A DNA stretch of 64,000 nucleotides from an uncultured delta proteobacterium (GTDB lineage: Bacteria > Desulfobacterota > Syntrophobacteria > Syntrophobacterales > Syntrophobacteraceae), in assembly GCA_963808625.1 (NCBI GenBank), contig CAWEHK010000021.1:96001-160000 (forward strand), given 5' to 3'. Shown piece after piece: positions 53,505 through 64,000 of the stretch. Every line of letters starts with the position of its first letter. The first letter of the stretch is position 1. A model generated the notes under the pieces. The model was not told the origin of the DNA and did no database searches. It worked only from the letters and a program-made list of their open reading frames with translations. Both the position numbers and the translations under genes were made by a program.

Positions 53505-54128
53505 ATGGCAGAACTAATCGATCTGACGAGAAAATTTCAGAACCTGGAAAATCTCATTACCCCTGAACCCCTGGAATGGCGCCGCGGAGATTGGATCAGC
53601 GGGCACGCGCTGATGTGCACCCGGGAAGAATCGAAACGCTTCGAGGCCCATCGGCTCGAGGCTTACCAGGTCAAGGGCCACAAACATATCGGCTTCGTTC
53701 CCAACCACTTCAAACTTGACGGCGGCTGTCATTATACGGTCATGGGTCTCTTTGCCCATCGCCGGGACGAGGCAATGATGCGGCGCGTCTACTACCTTGC
53801 GGGGTTAATGGAAGGTGTGACCAACGTGCCCTCGCCCATCCTCAGAACGGACCTCCTGCGTCGGGTGTACCAGTCCATCATGGAGGAACGCGAGCACCTC
53901 GGGGTGGTCTGGCGCGGACACGTGCGCCACTTTTTGTTGCCGCTGCATACGGATTTCTACAATCCTAATCGTTTCCACCATCATGTTGCCACCGCGGCAT
54001 CGCTGAAGGACCTCTACCGGGAGGTTCGAGGCGAGACCGACGCCCAGTTTGACATTCTCGCTCAACACTATGTCTTCTATCTGCCCGAGAGCTTTCTGAA
54101 CCGGGGCTTTACCTTGGACGGCCAGTGA
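53505..54128 (+). CDS. Hypothetical protein
   Basis: 207-aa ORF co-oriented in an apparent operon; no recognised motif. Confidence 0.7.
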   Translation: MAELIDLTRKFQNLENLITPEPLEWRRGDWISGHALMCTREESKRFEAHRLEAYQVKGHKHIGFVPNHFKLDGGCHYTVMGLFAHRRDEAMMRRVYYLAGLMEGVTNVPSPILRTDLLRRVYQSIMEEREHLGVVWRGHVRHFLLPLHTDFYNPNRFHHHVATAASLKDLYREVRGETDAQFDILAQHYVFYLPESFLNRGFTLDGQ

Positions 54129-54173
54129 GCGCCGGACATTTGTCCGCGCGCGAGCAGGCGAGCCGGAGGCGGC

Positions 54174-55167
54174 ATGGCTAACGAGATGGTCATCGGGGTG
54201 GATTTGGGGGGGACGCACATGAGGACCGCCCTGATCGATCTCACGGGGAGCATACTGAGGCGGCGCAAAACCGCCACCGATATTTCCCTTGGCGTTCGGC
54301 AAACCACGCAAAGGTTGATTGCCGAGTGCCGAGCCCAGATGGATGCCGCCCGGCGAGCTTGGCGGCACGGTCATCGGAGTCGGCCTCGGGGTTGCGGGAA
54401 AGGTTGATCACAAGCGGGGCTGGGTAATCTTTTCTCCCAATCTTCCGGCCATGAGAGATTACCCGTTGGGTCCTGAAGTTGAAAGCAGCCTTGGGGTTCC
54501 CGTCCTGATGGAAAACGATGCCAATGTCTTTGGCATTGGCGAAAGCTGGGTCGGGGCCGGACGAGGGATCACGAACTGGGTTGGGCTCACCCTGGGCACC
54601 GGAGTCGGGGGCTGCCTGATTCTTGACGGCAGACTCTGGAACGGGGATTGCCTGGGATTCGCTGCGGAAATCGGGCACCTGATCGTCCATCCGGAGGGAC
54701 CTCGATGCGCCTGCGGTTTAAAGGGGTGTCTGGAAGCTCATGCTTCGGGCAGCGCCTTGCTCCAATTTGTGGCGGATGCCGTAACCACAGGCGCCTTGAC
54801 CAGAGGGCCGCTTTATGAGCTCTGGCAGGATGGCAAACTGAGTGCCAGGGAGATCTACCAATGCTCAGTGGCCGGCGAGGCGGTGGCGCAAAAGGCGTTT
54901 GCCCGCATGGGATGGGCCTTGGGCCTGGCTCTTGCGAATCTCTTCACGGTCCTCGGTATTCGCACGGCGATTCTCGGCGGCGGCGTCAGCGCGGGGTGGG
55001 ACCAGTTTATCGAGCCGCTGCGGAAGAGCCTTGCCGAGCATTCCAGCATGCTGGTGGTGGCCGACGCGGAGATCCGGAAAAGCGCCCTGGGGGATGATGC
55101 CGCCCTGCTGGGAGCAGCGCGGCTGGCATGGCAGTGCCGTTCGAGGGACCGCATTAGTATGCGATAG
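54174..55167 (+). CDS. ROK-family sugar kinase (glucokinase-like), frameshift near 54350
   Basis: GVDLGGT, ENDAN, GTGVGG, EIGH, CACGLKGCLEA. Confidence 0.9.
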
Positions 55168-55481
55168 GTTCCCAGATGCAACATCTCGGTCCTTGTTTCT
55201 CAGCCTATCTTCTGGCATTTGGCATGGCAGTTGGTTTTTCTGTCCGGTTCAGTTTCAAGAGTTCCGCTGGGTATTAGTTTTGGGCAGGCTTTCCAGCGCC
55301 TTTAGGAATTTGGCATGCGCTGGAAATGACTCATATGGCTGGAATTTTAAAGTACCTTTGTCGTTTAGTGCCCGCTACAAATCTTCAAGCTGGATTTCCC
55401 GCAGGCCTTCGACATTCTGCGGTTCCTTGTTCGATATTCGATAGATATTCAGCTAAGTAAAAGACACTCCCGAGTGCTCCG

Positions 55482-56496
<1,015 letters not shown>

Positions 56497-56567
56497 TCAG
56501 TGGTCAGCGGGTCAGTGGTCAGTGGCTTAGTGGTTAATCGGCTAGCAGCCTGCTAGCGTGTCTCGAG

Positions 56568-58750
56568 TCAACTCCCTATGAGGCGCTCACGAAGCAGCGT
56601 GAAACGCTTCTGGATCTGGTTGTTACGCACCGCAATGGCGAGCGCTTTCTTGCTCCCCACGATCACCGCCAGCTTTCTCGCTCGGGTCATAGCGGTATAG
56701 AACAAGTTGCGCTGCAGCATCATATAATGTTGCGTCGACAACGGAAAGACCACCGCGGGATATTCGCTCCCCTGAGCCTTATGGACCGTGACCGCATAAG
56801 CCAGCATCAGTTCCTCCAGCTCCGAAAAATCATAGGTCACGATCCGTCCGTCCACCTCCACTCCGACTTCCTGGTTTTCCATATCGATTTTCCGGATGCG
56901 TCCGAGGTCCCCGTTAAAAACATCCTTGTCATAATTGTTGCGAATTTGCATGACCTTGTCGCCGATCCGAAAAACATAGCCGCCTCTTTCCAGGGATGCC
57001 CCCCGTGGGTTCAAGGCGTTCTGCAGTTCCTGGTTCAGGTTCCGGGCGCCGATTATCCCTCGATTCATCGGGGTGAGCACCTGGATGTCCTCGATCGGAT
57101 CCAAACCAAACCGCGCCGGAATGCGGTCCCTGCACAGCTTCAATATAATCTCTGAAACTCCTTCCGGCTCTTCTTTTTCAATGAAATAGAAATCCTGAGG
57201 AGCTTCCGGGTCCGTCCGCAGGCGCGGGAACTTCCCCTCTCGCACCAGATGGGCATTGATCACGATCTGGCTCTGTTGTGCCTGCCGGAAGATTTCGGTG
57301 AGCCGCGCCACCGGAAATTTCCTGGAACTGATCGTATCCAGGAGCACGTTTCCGGGACCCACGGCGGGCAGTTGGTCCACGTCGCCAACCAGCACCAGAG
57401 TCGCATGGCTCGGGATGGCTTTGAGGAGGTGATGCATGAGGAGAATATCCAGCATCGAGGCTTCATCGACAATCACCAGGTCCGCCGTTAAGCGGCCGCT
57501 GCTCGTTGCGCTGAAATCCTCCCAGGTGCGGGCTGTACTCGAGCAGCCGATGGAGCGTGCTGGCCGGATAGCGCGTGGCTTCGCTCAAACGTTTGGCGGC
57601 CCGCCCCGTAGGCGCGGCCAGGCAGATGCGCGCATCCATCTGGCGAAAAACGGCCAGGACCGCGCGAATCGAGCGTGGTCTTTCCAGTCCCTGGCCCGCC
57701 GGTGATGATCAGGACCTTTTCCGTCAACGCCTGCCTTACCGCCTGTTCTTGCAGGGGGGCGAGTTTGAAGGGCAGCTTCTGGCGCAACCAGGTGATGGCC
57801 TTCTCGGGGTCCAGTTTGGTCTGGAAGGGAAGAAACGCTGCCAGGTGCATCAGGCGCTTCGCCACCTGCGTCTCGGCGAGATGGTAGCCGCGCAGGTACA
57901 CGGCCTCGCTATCGCCAAAGGTCTCCCCCGTTTCCGACGGCAGTTTCTCGATGATCAGACGTTGCTCCGCAGCCTGGCGCACGAGGGCTTGCTCCAGGAT
58001 GTTTCGGGGGATTTCCAGGAGCTTTTGACATTGCTCCAGAAGCCACTCTCGAGGAACACAGACATGTCCTTCTTCCGTGGCCTGGTACACCACGTAGGTC
58101 ACGCCCCCTTCCGCCCGCTGCGGCGAATCCAGAGGGATGCCCAGGCGCTGGGCAATCTGGTCTGCGGTAAGAAAGCCGATCCCGGACACGTCCATGGCCA
58201 GACGATAGGGGTTTTCCTTGACGACTTCGAGTGACGCTTTGCCGTAGTGTTTGAAAATTCGCGTGGCGAAAGCTGCACTGACGCCATGGCCGCGGAGGAA
58301 GATCATGAGCTCCCGGATGTCTTTCTGGTCCTCCCAGGCTTTGCGAATCTGGTCGAGGCGATACGCGCCGATGCCATCGACCTCGAGCAGACGCTCCGGG
58401 TTGCGGTCAATAACTTCGAGGGTGCTCGTCCCAAACCGGCTGACGATGCGCTTGGCCATAACCGGCCCGATGCCTTTGATCAGCCCGGACCCCAGATATT
58501 TCCCGATGCCCTGCACGGAATCGGGCGCCGCCGTCTCATACCGGTCCGCCTTGAACTGTTCGCCAAAGCGGGCGTGGAATCCCCAGGAACCCTCCATGCG
58601 CAGCACTTCACCAGGAGTCACGGAGACAAAATTGCCCACGACACTGACCGGCTCTCTGCGGCCGGGGACCTTAACCTTGATGACACTGTAGCCGTTTTCT
58701 TCGTTCGTAAAGGTAATCCGTTCAACTGAACCTTGAATAATCTCGGCCAT
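56568..58750 (-). CDS. recD2: RecD2-like SF1B helicase, two frameshifts
   Basis: GIGPVMA HhH, ENPY, GGPGTGKT, VDEASM, GDVDQL, IFRQA, AYAVTVHKAQGSEY. Confidence 0.92.
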
Positions 58751-58858
58751 CATCCCCTTCCAGGTGCAGCGCTCTTCCCGCCGGAAATCGGTCTCCATGA
58801 CCTTATCTGGAGAGCGAATTCTACCATTTATGCTCGGAGAATAGCCATGAATATAATT

Positions 58859-58886
58859 TTGACAATTGGCGGGGGCATGTTAATAT
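58859..58886 (+). promoter_or_regulatory. Putative sigma70 promoter
   Basis: TTGACA-16 nt-TAATAT with TGn extension. Confidence 0.55.
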
Positions 58887-58995
58887 GGTTCAGGATTTCC
58901 GACAGAGAAATGGAAAGAGAGTACGTTTTCGAGACTGGAAGATTCCATGCCGGTAAGAGGCTTTTTCAACTCTATCCGAGGGGAGAGGGCGCCCG

Positions 58996-59229
58996 ATGTC
59001 GCTTTACATCAAGACTGAAGATTATCGCAAACATGGGATCAGCAAGTACTCAGATCTTGCGCTCATCCGCACCCTGGTGCAGGAGGAGCTCAAGATGGAT
59101 CGGGTTTTTGTTTCGTTCGTGAACCGACACGAATACATCCGCGTTGATTTTCTGCAGCCGCGGCCGGCGCGCCGCCCCCGGAGGCGTCAGCAGCAGAAGA
59201 AAGAACTGGTTGAATCCCAGCAGGCTTGA
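58996..59229 (+). CDS. Small basic hypothetical protein (77 aa)
   Basis: Own promoter, RBS GGAGAGG and terminator. Confidence 0.75.
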   Translation: MSLYIKTEDYRKHGISKYSDLALIRTLVQEELKMDRVFVSFVNRHEYIRVDFLQPRPARRPRRRQQQKKELVESQQA

Positions 59230-59234
59230 AAAGC

Positions 59235-59262
59235 AGGGCGCCTTTCGGCGCCCTTTCTTTTT
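59235..59262 (+). terminator. Rho-independent terminator
   Basis: AGGGCGCC-TTTC-GGCGCCCT followed by TTCTTTTT. Confidence 0.85.
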
Positions 59263-59384
59263 GGAAAAAGCTTCGTGCCGCTCAAACAAACCACAACATC
59301 ATCCGAACCCGCCCCAACCCCTGAAAACCATACCCCATAGACGGCGCATCGGCGTGCGGCAGCGTCTCATCAAAGACTTCAGCA

Positions 59385-60359
59385 TCACACCTCGATCAGG
59401 CTCTCCTGCAGCAGATCGATATCGGCAATCTCTTCTTCCAGATAGGCCTTGAGCTTCTTTTTCAGGCGGCTCTCGAGCTGGCGGACGCGTTCGCGGCTGA
59501 TGCCGAACCGGTCGCCGATTTCCTGGAGGGTCATCGGTTCATCGGTGAGCAGGCGCTGGTCAAAGATGACCGCTTCCTTGCCCTTCAATTGCTCGCGAAA
59601 GAGCATCAATTTATCATGGAGAATGGCCTTCGCCTCCCGATCTGCAAGTTGGTCGTCCACCGGCAGGTCATCCGAGGGGAGGAAGGATTTGTGAGTGTCT
59701 TCCGAATCTTCTTTCAGGGGGCTATCGAGAGAAATCTCCCAACTGTTGAGCCGTTGGTCCATTTCGATAATTTCCGACTCCTTGACGTCCAGCCGATGGC
59801 TCAACAACTTTGGAGAAGCTTCAATCCCCTGCGCTTCCAGGCGTTCCTTCTCTTTTCGCAGATTAAAAAAGAGCTTGCGCTGGGCCTGGGTGGTGCCGAT
59901 CTTCACCAATTTCCAGTTATCCATAACGAATTTGATAACGTAGGCTTTGATCCAGAACGAAGCGTAATAGGAGAACTTGTAGCCCCGGTAGGGATCGAAC
60001 TTCTTTGCCGCCTGCATCAGCCCGACATTCCCCTCCTGGATCAGGTCCATGAGGTTCTGCATCCAATAGCGCTGGAAATCCATGGCGATCTTCACCACCA
60101 GCCTCAGATTGGCGGTAATGAGCCGGTAGCCCGCTTCCGTGTCATGCTTTTCGCGGTATCGTATCGCCAGTTCGCGCTCTTCTTCGCGACTCAGCAGGGG
60201 ATACCTCTTGATCTCGTCCAGGTAGAGGCGAAAGGGGTCCAACGACACCAGGTGGGGCCGCTCCGGTGGGGCGACGACCGGGATTGGTGCCTCCTGCCCG
60301 TCCCCCTCGAAGGCCCTTTCTTCTTCCTCAAGATCATTCGTCTCAGGACTGATACTCAT
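59385..60359 (-). CDS. rpoH: RNA polymerase sigma-32 factor
   Basis: NLRLVVKIA, DLIQEGNVGLM, RpoH box QRKLFFNLR, SRERVRQLE. Confidence 0.93.
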   Translation of the reverse strand: MSISPETNDLEEEERAFEGDGQEAPIPVVAPPERPHLVSLDPFRLYLDEIKRYPLLSREEERELAIRYREKHDTEAGYRLITANLRLVVKIAMDFQRYWMQNLMDLIQEGNVGLMQAAKKFDPYRGYKFSYYASFWIKAYVIKFVMDNWKLVKIGTTQAQRKLFFNLRKEKERLEAQGIEASPKLLSHRLDVKESEIIEMDQRLNSWEISLDSPLKEDSEDTHKSFLPSDDLPVDDQLADREAKAILHDKLMLFREQLKGKEAVIFDQRLLTDEPMTLQEIGDRFGISRERVRQLESRLKKKLKAYLEEEIADIDLLQESLIEV

Positions 60360-60610
60360 AACAAAATTTGACCTCACTCAGTGGGCGAACCACGCATGGC
60401 CGAGAACATCTCTTATGGCATTCCGCAGCAGCCGGTGCCGCCTCCAATTTGGAGTTCGCTGAATAACAAATACTATTATACCCGCCGGAGCAATACAAGA
60501 TCAAAACGGGAAAGTTTCTTGAGCCACGATACAGAAAGTCGTTGCCTTTTCGGCGTCGATTGAATATAGGGGAAGCAAAGTTTGAAAAGAAGGGGCTGTT
60601 ATTTTTATCA

Positions 60611-61759
60611 ATGTCCAAGACCTCATCAGCAGACACGACTAAACTCAGCGTACCAGAACATATTGCCAGTTTGGTTCCGTATCCACCCGGAAAACCTTTG
60701 GAGGAACTGGAACGCGAATACGGTATTAGCGGCTCGATCAAGCTGGCCAGCAACGAAAATCCACTGGGACCTTCCCCGCTGGCGGTTGCCGCCATGGGCA
60801 AAGCCCTCAACGGCCTCCATCGCTATCCCGACGGCAGTGGTTATTATTTGCGCAAGCGGCTGAGCGAGAAGTTCCTGCTGCCGTTTGACGGCATCGTTCT
60901 GGGCAATGGCTCCAACGAGATCATCGAACTTGTCATCCGCACGTTTCTGGTGTCGCAGGACGAGGTCATTCTGCCGGCGCCTTCCTTCCTGGTCTATCAG
61001 TTGGCAGTCCAGACGATGGGGGCAAAAGCGGTGGCAATCCCCCTCAAGGATTTCACCATCGATCTGGCACGAACCATCGAAGCCGTCACCCCGCGCACGA
61101 AACTCATTTTCATCAACAACCCGAACAATCCCACCGGAACCATCGTCAGGAAGGCGGCTTTTGATTCCTTCCTGGAGGCCATCCCGCCGCATATTATCGT
61201 GGTGCTGGACGAGGCCTACATTGAATTTGTCAAGGACGGGGACACTCCCCGTGGATTTGACTATGTCCACCGGCCCGGCCCCCATGTCGTCGTCGCCAGG
61301 ACCTTCAGCAAAGCCCATGGACTGGCCGGGCTGCGGATCGGCTACGGGGTGATGGAACCCGCCGTGGCGGACTATCTGCACCGGGTGAGGCAGCCGTTTA
61401 ATACCGGCACGCTCGCTCAGGTCGCGGCACTGGCAGCCCTCGATGATGAGGAGTTCCTGCGCAGGACCCAGAAAACGGTCGCCGAAGGGTTGGATTTCCT
61501 CTACCGCGAAATCGGACGATTGGGCTTGAACACCGTGCCGACTCAGGCCAATTTCTTCCTCATTGAAGTCCCGGCCGACGCCAAGATCATTTTCGAAGCG
61601 ATGCTGCGCCAGGGGGTCATCGTGCGCGCCATGAATTCCTACGGGATGCCAAACTATATTCGCGTCAATGCCGGTTTGCCCGAAGAAAACGAGAGGTTCA
61701 TAAGGGCTCTTGGCCGTACCCTCCAGGAGCTGCCGGAGTCGCCTTGCCCGACGCCATGA
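60611..61759 (+). CDS. hisC: Histidinol-phosphate aminotransferase
   Basis: KLASNENPLG, GNGSNE, NPNNPTG, DEAY, RTFSKAHGLAGLRIGY. Confidence 0.95.
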   Translation: MSKTSSADTTKLSVPEHIASLVPYPPGKPLEELEREYGISGSIKLASNENPLGPSPLAVAAMGKALNGLHRYPDGSGYYLRKRLSEKFLLPFDGIVLGNGSNEIIELVIRTFLVSQDEVILPAPSFLVYQLAVQTMGAKAVAIPLKDFTIDLARTIEAVTPRTKLIFINNPNNPTGTIVRKAAFDSFLEAIPPHIIVVLDEAYIEFVKDGDTPRGFDYVHRPGPHVVVARTFSKAHGLAGLRIGYGVMEPAVADYLHRVRQPFNTGTLAQVAALAALDDEEFLRRTQKTVAEGLDFLYREIGRLGLNTVPTQANFFLIEVPADAKIIFEAMLRQGVIVRAMNSYGMPNYIRVNAGLPEENERFIRALGRTLQELPESPCPTP

Positions 61760-62443
61760 TTGTTGCCATCGATGGCCCGGCGGGGGCCGGTAAAAGCACG
61801 GTGTGCAAGCTGCTGGCCGAACGCCTCGGGTACACCTATCTCGACACCGGGGCCATGTACCGGGCGGTGGCGTGGGCCGCCACGGCAGAGCACCTGAACC
61901 TTGACGATGAAGGCGAAATCGCCGGGCGTCTCACCTTGCTGCCTCTTCGCTTCGTGATCGAAAACGGCGCTCTGAGCATCTATTATGGGGAAAGAAGATT
62001 GGACGACGAGCTTCGCCCGCCGGAGATAACCGCACGCGCTTCCCGAATTTCTCAACTCAAGTGTGTCCGAGACTTTCTGACCCGCTGCCCAGCGGCAGTT
62101 GGGCGAAAGGGGCCGCATCGTGGCGGAAGGCCGTGATATGACGACGGTGGTGTTCCCGGATGCGGCGATCAGGGTTTTCCTGACCGCGGACCTCAAGGCG
62201 CGAACGGAAAGACGCCTCCTCGAGTATCGCAGCAAAGGCATCCGCTCGGATCGCGCCACTCTGGAAGCGCAGATCAGGGCCCGGGATGAGGCTGATGAGC
62301 AGCGCGCACTCGCCCCGCTGCGCCCGGTTCCGGGCGTTTGCGTCGTGGATACTTCCCGGATGAACATTGCTGAGGTTGTGACCCATCTGCTGGCCATGAT
62401 CCTTCCGGCAACTGCAGGGCAAGACCCATCAATCCAGGCTTGA
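61756..62443 (+). CDS. cmk: Cytidylate kinase, frameshift near 62087
   Basis: AIDGPAGAGKST, LDTGAMYR, EGRDMTTVVFPDA, RD. Confidence 0.93.
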
Positions 62444-62542
62444 GCGATAATTTTCGGATTGTTGTTAGCATCATATTTTGTTAGCATTACGCTCTAATCA
62501 AATTGGCAGGGGCCAAAATCGGACAAGGGGGTAACTAATTCA

Positions 62543-64000
62543 ATGGTTGACAAAGATGAAATGAAACAGGAAGAGATGGTTCCAGTGCCGGCATCGGAAC
62601 CGTCGCAAGCAGACGAAGGTGCATTTGAAGCTGATCTTGAAGACGTCGACTCGATGCAGGTTCTTTACGATCAGAGCTTTCAAAATATCCAGGAGGGGGA
62701 GGTTATCCGCGGGCGGATCGTCCAGGTCAGTGATGACTTTGTGATGGTAGACATTGGTTACAAGTCGGAAGGCCAGATCTCGGTTACGGAGTTCAGGGAC
62801 GAACAAGGCGACATACAGGCTTTGGTCGGCGATGAAGTTGATGTGCTGCTGGAATACCATGACGATGAAGATGGTACGATTCATCTTTCCAAGGAAAAAG
62901 CGGCAAAAATCAAGATCTGGGATGATATCAGCAGGATTTACAACGATGACGGCATCATCGAGGGCAAGGTCGTATCCAAGGTCAAAGGGGGGCTTGCTGT
63001 CGATATCGGAGTGCAGGCCTTTCTCCCGGGTTCCCAGGTCGATCTGCGACCAATCCGCAACCTCGAATCACTCCTGGGTCAGGTCTTCCCCTTCAAGGTC
63101 CTGAAGTACAACAAAAAGCGCCGCAACGTCGTGCTTTCGCGGCGGGCGATCCTGGAGAAGGAACGCGAGCACCTGAAATATCAGACCCTGGCCAACCTCG
63201 AGGACAACAAGGTGGTCGAGGGGATCGTCAAGAACATTACCGATTACGGCGTGTTTGTGGATCTCGGGGGCATTGACGGGCTGCTGCACATCACCGATAT
63301 GAGCTGGGGCCGTGTCGGGCATCCTTCCGAACTGTTCCAGATGGGGGATAACATCAAGGTCATGGTGCTCAGCTTCGACCGCGAGAACGAACGGGTTTCG
63401 CTGGGGTTGAAGCAGCTGGTGGCTGATCCCTGGACGAAGGCCCAGGAAAAGTACCCGGTAGGGACCCAGGTGAAGGGTCGCGTGGTCAGTCTTACGGACT
63501 ACGGGGCATTCGTGGAAATCGAAGAGGGCGTAGAAGGGCTCATTCACGTTTCCGAAATGTCGTGGACCAAGAAGATTCGCCACCCCTCGAAGGTGCTCAG
63601 TGTCGGCGACGAAGTCGAAGCCGTGGTGCTCAGCATCAACCCCGACAACAAGCGCATCTCACTCGGCATGAAACAGCTCGAACCCAATCCCTGGGACATC
63701 ATTGCTCATAAGTACCCCGTGGGCACAACCATTGCCGGAAAAATCAAGAACATTACGGATTTCGGGGTATTCATCGGCATTGATGAAGGGATCGACGGGC
63801 TGGTTCACATTTCCGACATTTCGTGGACGAAGCGCATCAAACACCCGTCGGAAGTCTACAAGAAGAACCAGGAAGTCCAGGCCATCGTCCTTAACATTGA
63901 CCGGGAAAATGAACGCTTTTCGCTGGGGATCAAGCAACTGGAACCGGACCCCTGGGAGAGTATCCCGCAGCGCTATCCGCTGGGTGCCGTCATCGCCGGC
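62543..64000 (+). CDS. rpsA: 30S ribosomal protein S1, 3'-truncated by the window (missing from the ORF track)
   Basis: Manual translation: VDIGYKSEG, FLPGSQVDLRP, GIVKNITDYGVFVDLGGIDGLLHITDMSW and repeated S1 domains. Confidence 0.96.
   Translation, partial: MVDKDEMKQEEMVPVPASEPSQADEGAFEADLEDVDSMQVLYDQSFQNIQEGEVIRGRIVQVSDDFVMVDIGYKSEGQISVTEFRDEQGDIQALVGDEVDVLLEYHDDEDGTIHLSKEKAAKIKIWDDISRIYNDDGIIEGKVVSKVKGGLAVDIGVQAFLPGSQVDLRPIRNLESLLGQVFPFKVLKYNKKRRNVVLSRRAILEKEREHLKYQTLANLEDNKVVEGIVKNITDYGVFVDLGGIDGLLHITDMSWGRVGHPSELFQMGDNIKVMVLSFDRENERVSLGLKQLVADPWTKAQEKYPVGTQVKGRVVSLTDYGAFVEIEEGVEGLIHVSEMSWTKKIRHPSKVLSVGDEVEAVVLSINPDNKRISLGMKQLEPNPWDIIAHKYPVGTTIAGKIKNITDFGVFIGIDEGIDGLVHISDISWTKRIKHPSEVYKKNQEVQAIVLNIDRENERFSLGIKQLEPDPWESIPQRYPLGAVIAG

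Overview
Core-chromosome segment of an anaerobic deltaproteobacterium (Desulfobacterota, Syntrophobacteraceae-like; inferred from gene style, not from a search). About 16 otherwise intact genes are split by single-base frameshifts, including conserved ones (mutL, cmk, sodB, moaA, recD2). I read these as long-read indel errors, not pseudogenes. Housekeeping content: pyrBC, greA, rpsT, leuS-lptE-holA, a complete aroF-trpEGDCFBA operon, carboxynorspermidine synthase/decarboxylase, mutL-miaA, mreB, moaA, recD2, rpoH and hisC-cmk-rpsA. Things the ORF track misses or does not explain: (1) a UGA-recoded thioredoxin-like selenoprotein (NEPGGKPU, SECIS-like hairpin) directly after dsbD; (2) a Trp-rich leader peptide with a full attenuator and a second terminator ahead of aroF-trp; (3) the first and last genes of a BREX type-3-like operon, with the core replaced by a TA pair and an IS91 fragment; (4) two tandem paralogous secreted Cys/Trp-motif proteins of unknown function behind a roughly 180-nt structured RNA candidate; (5) a 43/21-nt repeat array upstream of an NYN nuclease next to an AbiE type IV TA system; (6) several REP/MITE families and many 7-nt tandem repeats, one array apparently translated in the TrpB N-terminus. 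No rRNA, tRNA or CRISPR array was seen.
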